Source: an uncultured Collinsella sp.
Lineage (GTDB): Bacteria; Actinomycetota; Coriobacteriia; Coriobacteriales; Coriobacteriaceae
DNA: 64,000 bases
Assembly (NCBI GenBank): GCA_900540995.1
Contig: UQHO01000003.1
Coordinates: 2,965 to 66,964, forward strand
Direction: 5' to 3'
The stretch's first letter is position 1; each line of letters begins with the position of its first letter. The notes under the pieces are model-generated. The model saw only the letters and a list, made by a program, of their open reading frames with translations. It made no database searches and was not told the origin of the DNA. Made by a program: the position numbers and the translations under genes. Positions 18,503 to 28,172 of this stretch are shown here, in pieces.

Positions 18503-18727
18503 CTATTTGTAGCGATAGGTGATGCGGCCGCGGGTCAGGTCGTACGGGGAAAGCTCCACGACAACCCTGTCACCGGGGAGAATACGGATGTAATTCATTC
18601 GGATCTTGCCAGAAATGTTGCACAGAACCGAATGACCGTTCTCGAGCTCGACCTTAAACATGGCATTGGGCAGCGGTTCCTTTACCGTACCCTCGAGCTC
18701 AATTGCGTCTTCCTTCTTCACAAGCAA
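18503..18727 (-). CDS. infA: Translation initiation factor IF-1
   Basis: [11 protein letters not shown]...[16 protein letters not shown] matches the IF-1 S1 domain. The true start may be the GTG 6 nt downstream of the track start. Confidence 0.95.
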   Translation of the reverse strand: MLVKKEDAIELEGTVKEPLPNAMFKVELENGHSVLCNISGKIRMNYIRILPGDRVVVELSPYDLTRGRITYRYK

Positions 18728-18825
18728 TCATCTTTCTCTAGAAAACGACAGCGATTGAGTATTCTACAACACGTATGCACGCATCGTAATAACTTCGTAA
18801 TGGCTCCACAACTAAGTGGAACTTG

Positions 18826-19614
18826 TTACATTTCTCCGCCTTGGAGCGAACACCAAGCACCTTGGGCATCCGTGGTCAGAATCACCGGACCGTCATTGGT
18901 AATGGCGACGGTGTTCTCGTAGTGCGCGGCGGGCAGGTGGTCGTTGGTCGTGACGATCCAACCGTCGGAGCCCGTGCTCACATGGTTGGAACCCATCGTA
19001 ACCATCGGCTCGATGGCAATGACCATGCCGGCCTGGAGGCGAACGCCCCTCCCCTTCTTTCCATAGTTAGGAACGTTGGGGTCCTCGTGCATCACGCGGC
19101 CAATGCCATGGCCCACATAATCACGAAGCACGCCGTAACCGTGAGACTCGGCGAGGGACTGAACGGCATAACCGACGTCCCCGATATGGTTACCGGGAAC
19201 AGCCTGCTCGATGGCAGCCTTAAGGCAATCACGCGTGACCTCGCACAAAGCCTTGGCTTCGGGCGTGGGGGTGCCGACGAAAAACGTCCAAGCATTATCG
19301 CCGACCCAACCGTCGACAACGGCTCCCGTATCGATGGAGATGATATCGCCATCGCGCAGGATCATGTCGGGGTTGGGAATACCGTGGACCACGGCATCGT
19401 TGATCGATGCGCAGATGGTCCCCGGGAACCCGCCGTAACCCTTAAAGGCCGGGGTGCCGCCATGCATGCGGATAATCTGCTCCGCGAGCTGATCGAGCTC
19501 AAAAGTCGAAACGCCGGGGCGCACCATGGCTCCAACGTGGCGGAGCGCCATCTTAGATAGCGCTCCTGCCTTCTTCATCTGCTCGATTTGCGTTGCAGAC
19601 TTAATCTTGATCAT
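18826..19614 (-). CDS. map: Type I methionine aminopeptidase
   Basis: Metal ligands and the overall sequence match Map. It overlaps the adk stop (ATGA). Confidence 0.95.
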   Translation of the reverse strand: MIKIKSATQIEQMKKAGALSKMALRHVGAMVRPGVSTFELDQLAEQIIRMHGGTPAFKGYGGFPGTICASINDAVVHGIPNPDMILRDGDIISIDTGAVVDGWVGDNAWTFFVGTPTPEAKALCEVTRDCLKAAIEQAVPGNHIGDVGYAVQSLAESHGYGVLRDYVGHGIGRVMHEDPNVPNYGKKGRGVRLQAGMVIAIEPMVTMGSNHVSTGSDGWIVTTNDHLPAAHYENTVAITNDGPVILTTDAQGAWCSLQGGEM

Positions 19615-20237
19615 AGACCGAGAGCCTCTTTGACATCCCCGTACACGGTCTCGCGAGCCTGGTCACCGTTGACCGACTTGAGCAGACCCTGACCACGATA
19701 GTAGTCGACGAGCGGGCTCGTGGACTTCTCGTAGACGTCGAGACGGTTCTTGATGGTCTCGGGCTTGTCGTCGTCGCGCTGATACATCTCGCCGGCGCAC
19801 TTGGGGCAGGTAGCATCGGCAGCGGTGCCGGTGTAACCGCAGGCGCGGCAGGTGCGACGCGAAGACAGACGATCGATAATGACCTCGGGGGCTACATCGA
19901 CCAGAAGGGCACAGTCGATCTCGCGACCCATGGCGGAAAGCTCGGAATCGAGCGTCACAGCCTGGGCGGTGTTGCGCGGGAAGCCGTCGAGGATGAAGCC
20001 CTGTTGGGCGTCATCGGCGGCAAGGCGCTCCTTGACAAGGTCGATCACGAGCTGGTCGGGAACGAGCTCGCCAGCGTCCATGTACTTCTTAGCCTGAATA
20101 CCAAGCTCGGTGCCACCCTTGACGGCAGCACGCAGCAGGTCGCCCGTGGAAATATGGGCGACGCCAAACTCGGCGACGAGCTCCTGTGCGACGGTGCCCT
20201 TACCGGCACCCGGAGCTCCGAGCAATACGAGGTTCAT
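19611..20237 (-). CDS. adk: Adenylate kinase
   Basis: P-loop GAPGAGKGT and a Zn-lid with four Cys residues. The start was placed at the ATG with an AGGAGG RBS. Confidence 0.95.
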   Translation of the reverse strand: MNLVLLGAPGAGKGTVAQELVAEFGVAHISTGDLLRAAVKGGTELGIQAKKYMDAGELVPDQLVIDLVKERLAADDAQQGFILDGFPRNTAQAVTLDSELSAMGREIDCALLVDVAPEVIIDRLSSRRTCRACGYTGTAADATCPKCAGEMYQRDDDKPETIKNRLDVYEKSTSPLVDYYRGQGLLKSVNGDQARETVYGDVKEALGL

Positions 20238-20255
20238 GAGCAATCCTCCTCTAGC

Positions 20256-21542
20256 CTATTTAAAGAATCCATCGTAATCATACATCTTGATCTGGCCTTC
20301 GAGCTTATCGACCGTGTCGAGCACGACGCCGACCATGATGAGGATGGACGTGCCGCCAAATGCCTGGATCAGATGGTTACCCGTGAAGGAGAAGATGATC
20401 GAAGGCACGATGGCGATGAGCGCCAAAAAGACAGCGCTGGGAAGCGTGATCTTGTTGAGCGCGTTCTTGATGTAGGCCGCGGTAGCCCTACCCGGACGGA
20501 CGCCCGGAATAAAGCCGCCCTGCTTCTTAAGGTTATCGGCCGTGTCATCGGGGTTGAACACCATGGAGGTGTAGAAGTACGCGAAGAACACGATGAGGAC
20601 AACGTTAAGCACCCAGTTGAGCCAACCGGTCGAAAGCGCGGAGGCAACTGCCTGAATCCAGCCGATGCCGGGGAAGAACACGGCAATCTGAGCCGGGAAG
20701 TACAGCAGCGCCGAAGCGAAGATGATCGGCACGACACCCGCGGTGTTGACCTTGATGGGCAGGTAGGTGGTCTGGCCACCCATCATGCGACGGCCCACGA
20801 CGCGCTTAGCGTAGGAGACCGGGATGCGGCGCTGGCCGCGCTCAAGGAAAACAATCAGCGGGATAACCAGCAGGATGATGGCGCAGATGATCACCATGGT
20901 GATGATGCCACCGGCATTGCCCTCGGTGCTGGAGAAGATAGCCTGCGGCAGACCGGCCATGATGTTCGCGAAGATGATCAGCGACATGCCATTGCCGATA
21001 CCGCGCTGGGTGATGAGCTCACCAATCCACATGATCAGCATGGCGCCCGCGGTGAGCGTACCGACGATCATGAGGTCGAAGATGATCTCGGGAGCGCCGG
21101 CGCCATTGAAGCTGATGCCGAAGCTCTTAAAGAGGAAGAGGTAACCCACGGAGTTGAGGATTGCCAGAGCCAGAGTGAGGTAACGCGAATACTGCGTAAT
21201 CTTGGTCTGACCGACCTCGCCCTCGCGGGCAAGCTCATGCAGGGAAGGCACGACGGCTTGGAGCATCTGGAGGATGATCGAGCTGGTGATGTAAGGCATG
21301 ATGCCCAGCGAAAACACCGACACATAGCTCAACGCGCCGCCAGAGAAAAGATTCAGGAGGGCCATAGCACCTGCGGCGACCGAATTGTTATCGGTCGAGA
21401 AAAGGCCCAGCATCCCCTGGAAGGGAATGCCGGGCACAGGAACGTGCGCACCAATGCGGTACACGACGAGCATAGCTATGGTAAAAAGAATCTTTTCGCG
21501 CAATTCTTTGATGCGGAAAGCATTCTTAAGACCATTTAGCAC
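20256..21542 (-). CDS. secY: Preprotein translocase subunit SecY
   Basis: A 428-aa multi-TM protein with SecY sequence. It has a GTG start. Confidence 0.97.
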   Translation of the reverse strand: MLNGLKNAFRIKELREKILFTIAMLVVYRIGAHVPVPGIPFQGMLGLFSTDNNSVAAGAMALLNLFSGGALSYVSVFSLGIMPYITSSIILQMLQAVVPSLHELAREGEVGQTKITQYSRYLTLALAILNSVGYLFLFKSFGISFNGAGAPEIIFDLMIVGTLTAGAMLIMWIGELITQRGIGNGMSLIIFANIMAGLPQAIFSSTEGNAGGIITMVIICAIILLVIPLIVFLERGQRRIPVSYAKRVVGRRMMGGQTTYLPIKVNTAGVVPIIFASALLYFPAQIAVFFPGIGWIQAVASALSTGWLNWVLNVVLIVFFAYFYTSMVFNPDDTADNLKKQGGFIPGVRPGRATAAYIKNALNKITLPSAVFLALIAIVPSIIFSFTGNHLIQAFGGTSILIMVGVVLDTVDKLEGQIKMYDYDGFFK

Positions 21543-21985
21543 GGCAGCTCGACCTTTCCGCCGGCGGCCTCGATCTTGGCCTGCGCAGAAGCGCTGACCT
21601 TGTCGACCTTGACCGTGAACTTCTTGGTGAGCTCACCATTGCCGAGCACCTTGACGGGCTCGAACTCGCTCTTGGTGATGCGAGCGGCCTTAAGAGCGGC
21701 ACCGTCGATCACAGCGCCGTCCTCGAACTTACGCTCGAGACGCTCAACGTTAACAGCGGTGTACTCGATACGACGGGGGTTACGGAAGCCCGGAAGCTTG
21801 GGCAGGCGCATAGCCAGCGGAGTCTGGCCACCCTCGAAGCCGGCACCCTTGGTGCCGCCAGAGCGGGAACCCTGGCCCTTCTGACCGCGGCCAGAAGTGG
21901 TGCCGTGACCCGAAGAATTGCCACGGCCGACGCGCTTGCGGTTCTTGGTGGAACCGGGCGCGGGAGTAAGATCGTGAAGCTGCAT
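21536..21985 (-). CDS. rplO: 50S ribosomal protein L15
   Basis: L15 sequence with a GAGGAG RBS. Confidence 0.95.
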   Translation of the reverse strand: MQLHDLTPAPGSTKNRKRVGRGNSSGHGTTSGRGQKGQGSRSGGTKGAGFEGGQTPLAMRLPKLPGFRNPRRIEYTAVNVERLERKFEDGAVIDGAALKAARITKSEFEPVKVLGNGELTKKFTVKVDKVSASAQAKIEAAGGKVELPC

Positions 21986-21988
21986 TTG

Positions 21989-22171
21989 CTACTCCTCTAC
22001 AATCTCGACAAGGTGCTTGACCTTGAAGATCATGCCGCGGACGGACTCGTTGTCAGCAATCTCGCGAACCTCGCGGATCCTGTGGAGACCGAGGGCACGG
22101 ACAGTACGGACCTGGTCCTGCTTGCAACCGTTGGTGCTGCGGACCTGCTTGATCTTGATGGTGTCAGCCAT
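21989..22171 (-). CDS. rpmD: 50S ribosomal protein L30
   Basis: L30 sequence. Confidence 0.95.
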   Translation of the reverse strand: MADTIKIKQVRSTNGCKQDQVRTVRALGLHRIREVREIADNESVRGMIFKVKHLVEIVEE

Positions 22172-22173
22172 GC

Positions 22174-22698
22174 TTAGTTCTCCTTACCGACGAACATCTC
22201 GGAGACCGTCAGGCCACGGCGAGCCGCGACGTCCTCAGGGCTGGAGAGCTCCTTGAGGCCCTCGACGGCAGCCTTGATGATGTTGAGGCCGTTGTCGGTA
22301 CCGAGGGACTTGGACAGGACGTTCTTGATGCCAGCAAGCTCGAAGAGGGGACGCACAGCGCCGCCGGCGATAACGCCGGTACCCTCGACAGCGGGCTTGA
22401 TGATGATGCGGCCGGCACCAAAGTGGCCGAGAACCTCGTGCGGGATGGTGCCCTGATCGGTCACCGGCACGTGGAACATGTTCTTCTTGGCATCGAGAGA
22501 CGCCTTGGAGATGGCCATGGGCACCTCAGCGGACTTGCCCATGCCAACGCCGACGTTGCCCTTGCCGTCGCCAACGACGACGAGAGCGACGAGGCTCATG
22601 CGACGACCACCCTTGACGGTCTTCGACACGCGGTTGATGTAAACGACGCGCTCCTCGAACTCGGAGGCCTCGCGCTGCTGCTTCTGATTACGAGCCAT
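22174..22698 (-). CDS. rpsE: 30S ribosomal protein S5
   Basis: S5 sequence. Confidence 0.95.
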   Translation of the reverse strand: MARNQKQQREASEFEERVVYINRVSKTVKGGRRMSLVALVVVGDGKGNVGVGMGKSAEVPMAISKASLDAKKNMFHVPVTDQGTIPHEVLGHFGAGRIIIKPAVEGTGVIAGGAVRPLFELAGIKNVLSKSLGTDNGLNIIKAAVEGLKELSSPEDVAARRGLTVSEMFVGKEN

Positions 22699-22712
22699 GT
22701 GCTACATACCTC

Positions 22713-23081
22713 CTAGAACTCGAGACCGGCGGCACGAGCACCGTCGGCGAGGGCCTTGACGCGGCCATGGTAGATACGGCCACCGCGATCGAAGGCGACC
22801 TTGGTGATGCCGGCCTCGATGGCGCGCTTGCCAACGAGCTGACCGACCTTCTCCGCAGCCTCCTTGTTCGAGGTGTGGGTGCCCTTAAACTCGGCCTCGA
22901 GGGTCGAGGCAGAGACGAGCGTCAGGCTGGAGCCCTTGCTGTCGTCGATGATCTGGGCATAGATGTTGGCGTTAGTACGGGTCACGCGAAGACGCGGACG
23001 CTCGGAGGTACCCGAGACCTTGCCGCGAACACGACGCTGACGACGCTTGAGGCCTTCCAGCTTCGCCTTATGCTTGTTCAT
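22713..23081 (-). CDS. rplR: 50S ribosomal protein L18
   Basis: L18 sequence. Confidence 0.95.
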   Translation of the reverse strand: MNKHKAKLEGLKRRQRRVRGKVSGTSERPRLRVTRTNANIYAQIIDDSKGSSLTLVSASTLEAEFKGTHTSNKEAAEKVGQLVGKRAIEAGITKVAFDRGGRIYHGRVKALADGARAAGLEF

Positions 23082-23156
23082 ACGTAAACTCCTAAAAAGG
23101 TTGATCTTGCCAGCACCTGACGGGGTGCTGGTCTTATGCGAGTGAGTCGGTTACGA

Positions 23157-23693
23157 CTACTTGGCGGCCTTACCCAGCTTGCGGCGGATGTGCTCGCCAA
23201 CGTAGTGGATACCCTTGCCCTTGTAAGGCTCGGGAGGACGATGGCCGCGGATCTCAGCGGCGATCTGACCGACCTGCTGCTTGTTGATACCCTTGACGTT
23301 CACGTGGGTGTTGTCGGGAACCTCGAAGGTGATGCCCTCGGGAGCCTCGACGATCACGGGGTGCGAGAAGCCCAGGGAGAACTCGAGGTTCTTGCCCTTC
23401 TGCTGCACGCGGTAACCGACGCCGGCGAGCTCGAGCTTCTTCTCGAAGCCCTCGGAAACGCCAACAACCATGTTGTGGATGAGGGCACGGGTGAGGCCGT
23501 GGCGGGCACGGGTCTCACGCTCGTCGTCGGGACGGGAAACGGTGAGGACGTTGTCCTCGACGTTGATAGCGAGCTTCTCAAAGACATCGAGCTCGAGCTG
23601 GCCCTTGGGGCCCTTGACGACAACGTTGTTGCCGTTGACTGCCACTTCGACTCCGGCGGGAATCTGGACAGGCTTATTACCGATACGAGACAC
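23157..23693 (-). CDS. rplF: 50S ribosomal protein L6
   Basis: L6 sequence with a GTG start. Confidence 0.95.
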   Translation of the reverse strand: MSRIGNKPVQIPAGVEVAVNGNNVVVKGPKGQLELDVFEKLAINVEDNVLTVSRPDDERETRARHGLTRALIHNMVVGVSEGFEKKLELAGVGYRVQQKGKNLEFSLGFSHPVIVEAPEGITFEVPDNTHVNVKGINKQQVGQIAAEIRGHRPPEPYKGKGIHYVGEHIRRKLGKAAK

Positions 23694-23726
23694 GGTGATC
23701 TCCTTTCCTTCTACCTACCGAGCGAA

Positions 23727-24125
23727 TTACCAGACGTAAGCGATGATCTCGCCGCCGACGTTGTGCTTGCGAGCATCGCGGTCGGTCATGACGCCATGGC
23801 TGGTGGAAATAATGGCGGTACCAAGGCCACCGCGGACGCGGGGCATGTCGGCAACGCCGGTGTACTTACGCAGGCCCGGCTTGGAAATGCGGCGGATGCC
23901 GTTGATGACCTTAGCCTTCTTGGGACCATACTTAAGCGTGATGTGCAGAGTCTTCTGGGGAACGGTGTCCTCGACATCGTAGCCCTCGATGTAGCCCTCC
24001 TCGTGCAGAACACGAGCGATCTCGACGAGCTTCTTGCTGCTCGGCATGGAGACCGTGGCCTTGTTCACCGAGTTAGCGTTACGGATGCGCGTAAGCATAT
24101 CTGCGATCGGGTCTGTAAGGTTCAT
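23727..24125 (-). CDS. rpsH: 30S ribosomal protein S8
   Basis: S8 sequence with an AAGGAG RBS. Confidence 0.95.
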   Translation of the reverse strand: MNLTDPIADMLTRIRNANSVNKATVSMPSSKKLVEIARVLHEEGYIEGYDVEDTVPQKTLHITLKYGPKKAKVINGIRRISKPGLRKYTGVADMPRVRGGLGTAIISTSHGVMTDRDARKHNVGGEIIAYVW

Positions 24126-24244
24126 ACAGATTCTCCTTCGTTCTTGATGAACACGTGCTCTTGGTTCTTCGCCGCCCTTAACGGCAAAGCCTTTTTAGCG
24201 CGTTTTCCCTGTTCCAAACTGATGCTTGAAACGCTGGTAGTGAC

Positions 24245-24430
24245 TTACCAGCTGGCCTTCTTAACGCCGGGAAGCTCGCCCTTGAGTGCAAGCTCGCGGA
24301 AGCAGACACGGCACAGGCCGAACTTGCGGTACACAGAGTGCGGACGGCCGCAGCGCTGGCAGCGCGTGTACTCACGAGTAGAGAACTTCTGCTTGCGATT
24401 GCACTTGACGATCATCGATGTCTTAGCCAC
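24245..24430 (-). CDS. rpsZ: 30S ribosomal protein S14 type Z (zinc-binding)
   Basis: A 61-aa protein with a CxxC...CxxC motif and a GTG start. Confidence 0.93.
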   Translation of the reverse strand: MAKTSMIVKCNRKQKFSTREYTRCQRCGRPHSVYRKFGLCRVCFRELALKGELPGVKKASW

Positions 24431-24509
24431 TTATATCCTCCTCACATAGAGTATTGTTCGCCCCAAGCGCCGCCCCCTTGTGGGAACGGCGCTTATAGGG
24501 CAGGTGAAC

Positions 24510-25067
24510 CTATTTCTTGAACGGGAAACCGAAGGCGTCCAGAAGGGCCTTGGCCTCCTCATCGGTGTTGGCGGTGGTCACGAAAGTGATGTCCATACCA
24601 CGCTGGTGATCGACGGAGTCGAAGTCGATCTCGGGGAAGATGAGCTGCTCGGTGACGCCCATGGAGAAGTTACCACGGCCGTCGAAGCTCTTGGCGGAGA
24701 TGCCGCGGAAGTCGCGGATACGGGGGATCGCGACGGAGGTCAGACGATCGAAGAACTCCCACATACGGTCGCCACGCAGGGTAACCTTGCAGCCGATCGG
24801 CATACCAGCGCGCAGGCGGAAGGTAGCGATGGACTTGCGGGCACGGGTGATCATCGGCTGCTGACCGGTGATGGCGCGCAGGTCGCGCACGGCACCGTCG
24901 ATGGCCTTGGAATCGGTAGCGGCCTCGCCGACACCCATGTTCACGACGATCTTCTCAAACTTGGGGATCATCATGACGTTCTCGTACTGGAACTTGTCCT
25001 GAAGCTGCTGCTTGACCTCGTTGTTGTACTTGGTCTTCAGACGCGGCACATACTTCTCTTCTGCCAT
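24510..25067 (-). CDS. rplE: 50S ribosomal protein L5
   Basis: L5 sequence. It is the first r-protein gene after the inserted block and lacks the usual upstream rplX. Confidence 0.95.
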   Translation of the reverse strand: MAEEKYVPRLKTKYNNEVKQQLQDKFQYENVMMIPKFEKIVVNMGVGEAATDSKAIDGAVRDLRAITGQQPMITRARKSIATFRLRAGMPIGCKVTLRGDRMWEFFDRLTSVAIPRIRDFRGISAKSFDGRGNFSMGVTEQLIFPEIDFDSVDHQRGMDITFVTTANTDEEAKALLDAFGFPFKK

Positions 25068-25295
25068 TGTTCACTCCTTCTTGGGGTTTTAAGCACGGGG
25101 CGTGGCCACGATGGGTTGTCCTCGTGCCTCCTGGCTGCATCCGCGCCGCTCATGGCATTTTGCGGTTTGGACTCGACGCAGCAGGAGCCGACAAAACAAT
25201 CGGTACTATACGCGCATCGGGAGCGTATTTCCAGAAAAACCTCGTCTGCCTGCACAACTCCACAACTCCCCCGCACAAATGGGTCCCAAAAAGCT

Positions 25296-25360
25296 GTTGC
25301 GGTGAAATAGGGACTGTTTGGCGGCCTAACAGGCTTAAACAATCCGTATTTCACCGCAAC
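25296..25360. repeat. Long palindromic hairpin element, copy 1 (degenerate)
   Basis: gttgcggtgaaatagggactgtttg...caaacaatccgtatttcaccgcaac. It sits between the rplE start and the xdhC-like stop, at the left junction of the inserted block. Confidence 0.7.
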
Positions 25361-25378
25361 TTATTGGTGGGGATGCGA

Positions 25379-26422
25379 TTAGCGCTTGCGGGGGACGAGT
25401 TTGGTGCGGCGCAGGTGGATCATCTCGGCGGCGATGGAGATGGCGATCTCCTCGGGGTCCTCGGCCTCGATGGCAACGCCGATCGGAAGGTGCAGCTCGT
25501 CGATCTGGTCCTGCGTAAAGCCTTCCTGCTCCAGGCGGGCGCGCACAAAGGCCGTCTTGCGGCGCGAACCCAGACAGCCCAGGTAGGCAGGCTTGGCACG
25601 CATGGCCTGAATCACCACGTCGATATCGGACTTGTGACCCGCCGTGGCGACGACCACCAAGTCGCGCGGACCGATGGGACACAGCTCGCTCAGGTTCTTG
25701 TAATCGACCAGGCGACGATCGTAGACACCGGGCACCCATTCGGGCGTCAACGTGCCGGGGCGGTCATCGCAGGCCACGACGGCAAAGCCCGCCGCCGTGA
25801 GCACGCGCGCCGTCGCGGCGCCCACGTGTCCGCAGCCAAAGATGTAGGTCAGGCCCTCGGGGCAGAGCGTCTCGACGTGCGCCGCGGGAATCTCGGAGGC
25901 GGCGTTAGTGTAGGTGACGTTACTCCCCTCCTCCACCAGTGAAAGCCCGGGGCAGCCCGCAATGGTATGGCGCGATGCCTCGCCATGGTACTCGGCCACA
26001 TCGCCCTCGAGCGCGCTCGCGATAAACGGTTCAAAGTCGATGACGAAGTCGCCGATGCGCCGATAGACCAAGACGTCGGCAATTTCCTGGAACAACGGTG
26101 CCTGGGTCGCATCCAGATGTAGGTAGCACAGGCAGATGGCTCCGCCGCAGATCATGCCGGTATCGGAGTTCTCGCCGCCCATGGTGTAGCGGACCAGACG
26201 CGATTGCCCCGCGGCCAGCAGCTCTCGCGCCTCGTCCAGCGCAAAGAGCTCGATCTTGCCGCCGCCGATGGTGCCCGCCTGGCTACCGTCGGCAAAGACG
26301 GCCATCCAGGCGCCCACGCCGCGCGGCGACGACCCCGCCGTGCCGGCTACGACCACGAGCTCGCACGTCTCGCCAGCACGCAGGGCGACAAGCGCCGCAT
26401 TCACAACATCGAGCTTTTCCAT
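25379..26422 (-). CDS. XdhC/CoxI family molybdenum-hydroxylase accessory protein
   Basis: N-terminal XdhC_CoxI region and a C-terminal Rossmann-like domain (IFGCGHVGAATARVL). It equates to the N-terminal half of E. coli YqeB. Confidence 0.75.
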   Translation of the reverse strand: MEKLDVVNAALVALRAGETCELVVVAGTAGSSPRGVGAWMAVFADGSQAGTIGGGKIELFALDEARELLAAGQSRLVRYTMGGENSDTGMICGGAICLCYLHLDATQAPLFQEIADVLVYRRIGDFVIDFEPFIASALEGDVAEYHGEASRHTIAGCPGLSLVEEGSNVTYTNAASEIPAAHVETLCPEGLTYIFGCGHVGAATARVLTAAGFAVVACDDRPGTLTPEWVPGVYDRRLVDYKNLSELCPIGPRDLVVVATAGHKSDIDVVIQAMRAKPAYLGCLGSRRKTAFVRARLEQEGFTQDQIDELHLPIGVAIEAEDPEEIAISIAAEMIHLRRTKLVPRKR

Positions 26423-26431
26423 TGCCGCCTT

Positions 26432-27226
26432 CTATCCTCTAAAGATATCGGTGAGCATAGCGAGTGCCTCGAGCACGCCGCCGCCGACCGACGTCGCCTT
26501 GTCCGAAATGTAGTTGATATAGCTGGCATCGCCACGCGGATCGACATCGGCGCATTTAAAGCCCTCAGTCACCTGCACGCCGTTCGCCAAAAGCCCGCGC
26601 AGGCAGCCATCGATCTGCGTGCACATGGGCGTATCGTCCGCGTAGCCAATCACGTCTCCGGCGCTCACGATGTCGCCGATTGCGCGGTCGGACCGAAACA
26701 CGCCGGCGGCGGGGCTGTGGATAACGCGCTCCTTGCCATAGCCGGCGATCACGCCCGGCACGCCCGTGTTGGGCTGGGGCGAGCCCTGGGTAATGACGCG
26801 GCCCAAAAAATGCCCGCGCATGGTCTCGACCACGGCGTCGCAATCGACCGGCGCGGTAAAGCCCGGCCCCACGGCGATGACGGTAGGCGCCATGTCGCGC
26901 GTGGTGCCCAGGTTGCGCTTGGCCAAAATCGCGTCGACCACAGCTGCGGGTTTAAGCTCATCGAGCATCTTGGCCTGAGGGTCCACCACGACGGCAACAT
27001 CCCCCGCTTGGGTAATCTCGAGCGCCTCTGCCGGCGTCTGCGCCAAGCGAGCGCGAATGCCCTCGACCTGGACCTCGCCCAGGCGAATAGCCTCGCAAAA
27101 ACTGATTGTGCGGCGGATGCACGTGGGAACCGCGATATCGGCCATAACGACCGACACGCCGGCGCGCACCAAGCGAGCGGCGACACCCGTGGCGATATCG
27201 CCGGCGCCGCGAACATAAACGAGCAT
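26432..27226 (-). CDS. Selenium-dependent molybdenum hydroxylase system protein, YqeB/EF2563 family (C-terminal-half type)
   Basis: A 264-aa protein with the MLVYVRGAGDIATGVA N-terminus. It is adjacent to the xdhC-like and yqeC-like genes. The family assignment is from memory of TIGR03309. Confidence 0.55.
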   Translation of the reverse strand: MLVYVRGAGDIATGVAARLVRAGVSVVMADIAVPTCIRRTISFCEAIRLGEVQVEGIRARLAQTPAEALEITQAGDVAVVVDPQAKMLDELKPAAVVDAILAKRNLGTTRDMAPTVIAVGPGFTAPVDCDAVVETMRGHFLGRVITQGSPQPNTGVPGVIAGYGKERVIHSPAAGVFRSDRAIGDIVSAGDVIGYADDTPMCTQIDGCLRGLLANGVQVTEGFKCADVDPRGDASYINYISDKATSVGGGVLEALAMLTDIFRG

Positions 27227-27328
27227 TCCCGGGGCACCTCCCTGTGCTACGGTTTGAGCAGAGCAAAAGCGGCTCGACCGCTACTCTGATGATTATTTAT
27301 TATCACAGTATTATACGGCGGTGAACAG

Positions 27329-28063
27329 ATGGAAACGGTTAGCGGCAATCTTGCCTCGGCGCTCAGGATCGAGCCGGGCATTACCGCGATTATCGGCAGC
27401 GGCGGCAAGTCGACGTTGCTGAAGACGCTGGGTCTCGAGCTCATGCGCGCCGGCGGCAGGGTGCTTCTCTGTACCACCACGCACATGTTTCCCGTCGCCG
27501 GCGTGCCATGGGACGGGTCGAGCCGTCGCCTGAACGCCGCGCCTTGGAAGCCGGGGACCCTGCATGTTCCCGGCTGTACCTGCGAGGCATGCGCGGGCAT
27601 GAGCCGCGGAAGTATCTGCCAGGCGGGCGTTTTGGACCCGGAGACAGGCAAGCTCTCCTCCCCTGCCGAGCCGCTCGACCAGCTGGCGCAGCGCTTTGAC
27701 TACGTCCTGGCCGAGGCGGACGGCAGCAAGCGGCTCCCGCTCAAGGCCCACGCCGCCTGGGAGCCGGTGATTCCCTCTGGCACGGCCAACATCGTCTGGA
27801 TCGCCGGCGCCTCAGGGCTCGGCAAGCCCATCAACGAAGCCGTCCACCGCCCCGAGCTCTTTTGCGAGCGTTGCGGCTGCGAGCCTACCGACATCGCCAC
27901 ACCCGAGCGCGTCGCCATGGTGCTCAATGCCGAGATGCAGGCGCTGAAACTCAGCACCGCACGCGTCATGCTCAACCAAGTCGACACGCTCAGCGACCCC
28001 ACGATGGCCGACCGCTTCGAGGCAGCTCTCGACCGCCCCGTCGTCGCCAGCAGCCTCAAGTAG
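27329..28063 (+). CDS. YqeC-family selenium-dependent hydroxylase accessory protein (P-loop)
   Basis: A 244-aa protein with the Walker-A-like IIGSGGKSTL motif. This matches the size and context of the YqeC family (TIGR03172). Confidence 0.6.
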   Translation: METVSGNLASALRIEPGITAIIGSGGKSTLLKTLGLELMRAGGRVLLCTTTHMFPVAGVPWDGSSRRLNAAPWKPGTLHVPGCTCEACAGMSRGSICQAGVLDPETGKLSSPAEPLDQLAQRFDYVLAEADGSKRLPLKAHAAWEPVIPSGTANIVWIAGASGLGKPINEAVHRPELFCERCGCEPTDIATPERVAMVLNAEMQALKLSTARVMLNQVDTLSDPTMADRFEAALDRPVVASSLK

Positions 28064-28075
28064 CCGGCCCCATCT

Positions 28076-28150
28076 CCTCAGTTGCGGTGAAATACGGACT
28101 GTTTGGCCGCCCGACGGCCGCAAACAGTCCGTATTTCACCGCAACTGAGG
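28076..28150. repeat. Long palindromic hairpin element, copy 2 (near-perfect; likely bidirectional terminator)
   Basis: cctcagttgcggtgaaatacggactgtttggccg...cggccgcaaacagtccgtatttcaccgcaactgagg, a perfect stem of about 30 bp. It lies between the convergent yqeC-like and hydantoinase genes. Confidence 0.75.
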
Positions 28151-28172
28151 AGGGGACACGGCATCTTTGCTG

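Noticed and set aside
23157-24125. One-nucleotide discrepancies between my hand-counted start and stop positions for rplF and rpsH and the ORF-track coordinates.
   Set aside because: This is almost certainly my counting error on the formatted lines. The track coordinates are internally consistent (lengths divisible by 3), so I used them.
25037-25354. Track ORFs 25037-25354(-) and 27862-28176(+), which share a ...KYGLF...NSPYFTAT peptide.
   Set aside because: The shared peptide is simply the translation of the two copies of the long palindromic hairpin repeat. There is no RBS, and both run across intergenic terminator-like structures.
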